A stretch of DNA of 64,000 nucleotides from Sphyrna mokarran (lineage: Eukaryota): contig JAGIQG010000019.1 of the NCBI GenBank assembly GCA_024679065.1, positions 35,278,001 through 35,342,000 of the forward strand, given 5' to 3'. The notes under the pieces were generated by a model. That model worked only from the letters and a program-made list of their open reading frames with translations, ran no database searches and was not told the origin of the DNA. This document shows positions 60,623 through 64,000 of this stretch, one piece after another; positions within the stretch are counted from its first letter, which is position 1; every line of letters begins with the position of its first letter. The position numbers and the translations under genes were made by a program.

Positions 60623-63391
60623 GGTTTGAAATGTGTATAATTTAATGCAAGGAGTATTTGCAATAAGGGGGAGGAACTTGCAGCTAGGACCAGTACCTGG
60701 AACTTGGATGTTGCGGCCATTTCAGAGACTTGGGTAGAGCAGGGACAAGAATGGATGTTGCAGGTTTCGGGGTTCTAATGCTTCAGTCGGAGTAGAGAAG
60801 GAGGTCTAAGGGTGGGAGGAGTGGCATTATTAGTCAAAGACTGTATCACAGTGACAGAAAAGAAGTTTGATGAGGACTTGTCTGTTGAGGTAGTATGGGC
60901 TGAGATTAGAAACAGGAGAGGAGAGGTCACCCTGTTGGAGTCTTTTATAGACCTCCTAAAAGTTCTAGAGAGGTAGAGGAAAGGATTGCAAAGTCGATCC
61001 TGGACAGAAGTGAAAGTAATAGGGTAATTGTTATGGGGGACTTTAACTTTACTAATATTGATTGGAATAGCTATAGCTCTAGCTCGTTAGAGGGTCAGTT
61101 TTTGTACAAAGTGTGCAGGAAGGTTTTTTGACTCAGTATGTAGATAGGCCAACTAGAGGTGAGGCTACATTGGATTTGGTGCTGGGCAATGAGCCAGACC
61201 AGGTGTTAGACTTGGAAGTTGGTGAACATTTTGATGATAGTGACCACAATTCGGTTACGTTCACCTTAGTGATGGATAGGGATAGGCATGAAACTGGGGG
61301 CAGTAGTTATAGCTGGGGGAAGGGTAATTATGAGGCCATCAGGAGAGAATTAGGGTGCATAGATTGGACTAGGAAACTACAGGGACTGGGAACATTTGGA
61401 ATGTGGAGCTTATTCAAGGAGCAGCTGCTGCGAGTCCTTGATAAGTATGTCCCTGTCAGGCAAGGAGGAAATGGTCGAGTAAGGGAACCTTGGTGTACGA
61501 AAAAAAGTTGATTCGCTGGTTAAAAGGAAAAAGGAGGCTTATGTCAGGACGAGGCTTGAAGGCTCGGTTAGTGCAATGGATAGCTATAGATTAGCCAGGA
61601 GGGGGCTAAAGAGTGAATTGAGGAGAGCTAAGAGAGGACACGAGAAGACTTTGGCTGATAGGATTAAGGAGAATCCTAAAGCTTTCTTTAGATATGTTAA
61701 GAATAGAAGATTGGTTAGGGCAAGATTAGGGCCAGTCATAGACAGCAGTGGGAAGTTGTGGGTGGAGCCTGAAGAGATTGGAGAGGCACTGAATAAATAT
61801 TTCTCTTCGGTATTCACGCAGGGTGATGTAAACGTAGTTATGGAGAACACTGAGGTACAGGGTAGCAAGCTGGAAGGTATCGAAGTAGATAGGGAGGATG
61901 TGCTAGATATTCTCGAGGGGTTGAAGTTGGATAAGTCCCCTGGGCCGGACGGGATTTACCCTAGGATTCTCTGGGAGGCAAGAGAGGCAATTGCAGAGCC
62001 TCTGGCTCTGATCTTCAGGTCGTCGTTGGTTACGGGTGTGGTTCCGGAGGACTGGAGGATAGCGAACGTGGTCCCATTGTTCAAGAAGGGGAAGAGAGAC
62101 CTTCCAGGGAATTATAGGCCAGTGAGTCTTACTTCTGTTGTGGCCAAAGTATTGGAGAGAATTATTAGGGATAGGATTTGTAGTTATTTAGAGAGAAATG
62201 AATTGATTGGGGATAGTCAGCATGGTTTTGTGAAGGGTAGGTCATGCCCTACTAACCTCATTGAGTTTTTTGAAAAAGTGACCAAAGAGGTGGATGGGGG
62301 TAAGGCGGTTGATGTGGTATATATGGACTTTAGTAAGGCGTTTGATAAGGTGGCCCATGGAATACTTCTGCAGAAAATGCAGATGTATGGGATAGAGGGT
62401 GATTTAGCTAATTGGGTTAGGAATTGGCTAGCAGATAGAAGACAGAGGGTGGTGGTTGATGGGAGATATTCATCGTGGAGTTCGGTGACAAGTGGTGTAA
62501 CTCAGGGGTCTGTTTTGGGGCCCCTGCTGTTTGTAATTTTTATAAATGATCTGGATGAGGGTATTGAAGTATGGATTAGTAAATTTGCAGATGACACTAA
62601 AGTCGGTGGAGTGGTAGATAGTGAAGAGGGGTGTTATAGTTTGCATAGAGACTTGGACAAGTTGCAGAGCTGGGCCGAGAGGTGGCAAATGGAGTTTAAT
62701 GTGGAAAAGTGTGAGGTAATGCACTTTGGCAGGAATAATCAATGTGTAGAGTATAGGGCTAATGGTAGGATTCTTAATAGTGTTGATGAACAGAGGGATC
62801 TTGGTGTATTTGTGCATAGATCTCTGAAAGTAGGCAGTCAAGTCGATAAGGTTGTTAAGAAGGCATACGGAGTCTTAGCTTTTATTGGTAGGGGGATTGA
62901 ATTTCGGAGCGCAACGTCATGTTGCAACTGTACAAAACTCTAGTGCGGCCGCACTTGGAGTATTGTGTACAGTTCTGGTCCCCACATTATAATAAAGATG
63001 TGGAGGCATTGGAGAGGGTACAGAGGAGGTTTACCAGGATGTTGCCTGGTATGGAGGGCAGGTCTTATGAAGAGAGGCTGAGGGATTTGAGGTTGTTTTC
63101 GTTAGAAAGGAGGCGGCTAAGAGGGACCTTATCGAAACATATAAGATGATTAGAGGTTTAGATAGGGTGGACAGTGATAGCCTTTTTCCTAGGATGGAGA
63201 AAGCTAGCACGAGGGGACACAGCTTTAAATTAAGGGGTGATAGTTATAGGATGGATATCAGAGGTAGGTTCTTTACCCAAAGGGTGGTTCGGGAGTGGAA
63301 TGCCCTGCCTGCAGCAGTTGTAGATGCGCCAAGTTTAGTGGCATTTAAGAGGTTAGTTGATAAGTATATGGAAGAGAAGGGAATGGTTTAG
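60623..63391 (+). pseudogene. CR1 ORF2 (AP endonuclease + reverse transcriptase), with stops and frameshifts
   Basis: Endonuclease motifs LKCV*FNARSI, ISETW, VMGDFN, LDLVLGN, SDHNSV. RT motifs KSPGPDG, NYRPVSLTS, QHGF, DFSKAFD, QGSVLGP, FADD. Broken over several ORFs. Confidence 0.92.
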
Positions 63392-64000
63392 TTTGGAGGG
63401 TCATTGCTTTTTATATTGGTCGGCGCAACATTGAAGGCCGAAGGGCCTGTTCTGTGCTCTAATGTTCTATGTTCTATTATCATGCCAAGAAGATATGGAA
63501 GAAAATACACATTTCTATATAATCCTGGCTACCTCAATTATTTTCAATTTTACAACGGACAAAGGTTTCATGCTGATTGAAGGTATAACTGGCTATGATG
63601 CATACAAAAAGGAATTTCTAGCCCTCAAGAAACCACAGCAATCTCATTATTGCTAAAGATAGTAATGCCTCATGACTGCCAAAATCAAATTCCAAGGGAA
63701 TGCACAAAGATCATAAGAACATAGGAATTAGGAGCAGAAGTAGGCAATTCAACCTTTCGACCTGTTCCGCCATTCAGATTAAGGCTGATCTCCACCTGGT
63801 CTCAAAGGTCCTTTTATATTTCTGAGCCCATATATGTGCAAACCTTTTCTTACATTTTGAGTGTGTGCAAAATAAACTAACCTTCTGATTTTACTTCGTT
63901 TCAAGTTTGTTGTGGGATTAATAAAGGAGATTGGATCATTCCAAAACTGAGGGATTGGCGAAAATACTTATAGAAAGGGAAATTAATCCTTTTTGTTTAT

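Larger units (their letters stand above)
59416..63473 (+). mobile_element. Near full-length CR1-clade LINE (HER1-like), antisense within an SND1 intron
   Basis: 5'UTR, ORF1, ORF2 and a 3'UTR ending in (TGTTCTA)n; possible 6-bp TSD CTATTA at 59410-59415 and 63474-63479. Confidence 0.95.

Overview
Eukaryotic, repeat-rich genomic DNA, almost certainly from a cartilaginous fish (shark). It carries HE1/V-SINE-type SINEs, CR1 LINEs with an esterase ORF1, Penelope-like elements and Deu-SINE remnants. The only recognisable host gene is the 3' end of SND1 (Tudor-SN) on the minus strand: the last two coding exons (56054-56098 and 55484-55549) and the 3'UTR. A near full-length but disrupted CR1 LINE (59416-63473) lies antisense in the upstream intron. 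The ~54 kb downstream is mostly transposon relics and minisatellites, plus a few repeat-free blocks that look regulatory. By vertebrate synteny this interval leads to miR-129 and leptin, but I could find neither in the window. No prokaryotic system, CRISPR array or true tRNA/rRNA gene is present. The best leads are: (i) dispersed Penelope-derived palindromes carrying hammerhead-ribozyme cores, one with an intact core; (ii) an unexplained, fully open 390-nt phase-0/0 exon candidate at 28761-29150 (minus); (iii) the same MITE inserted at nearly the same position in two Deu-SINE copies; (iv) candidate enhancers/promoters. Repeat boundaries are approximate, and repeat family names come from recalled motifs, not from a database search.
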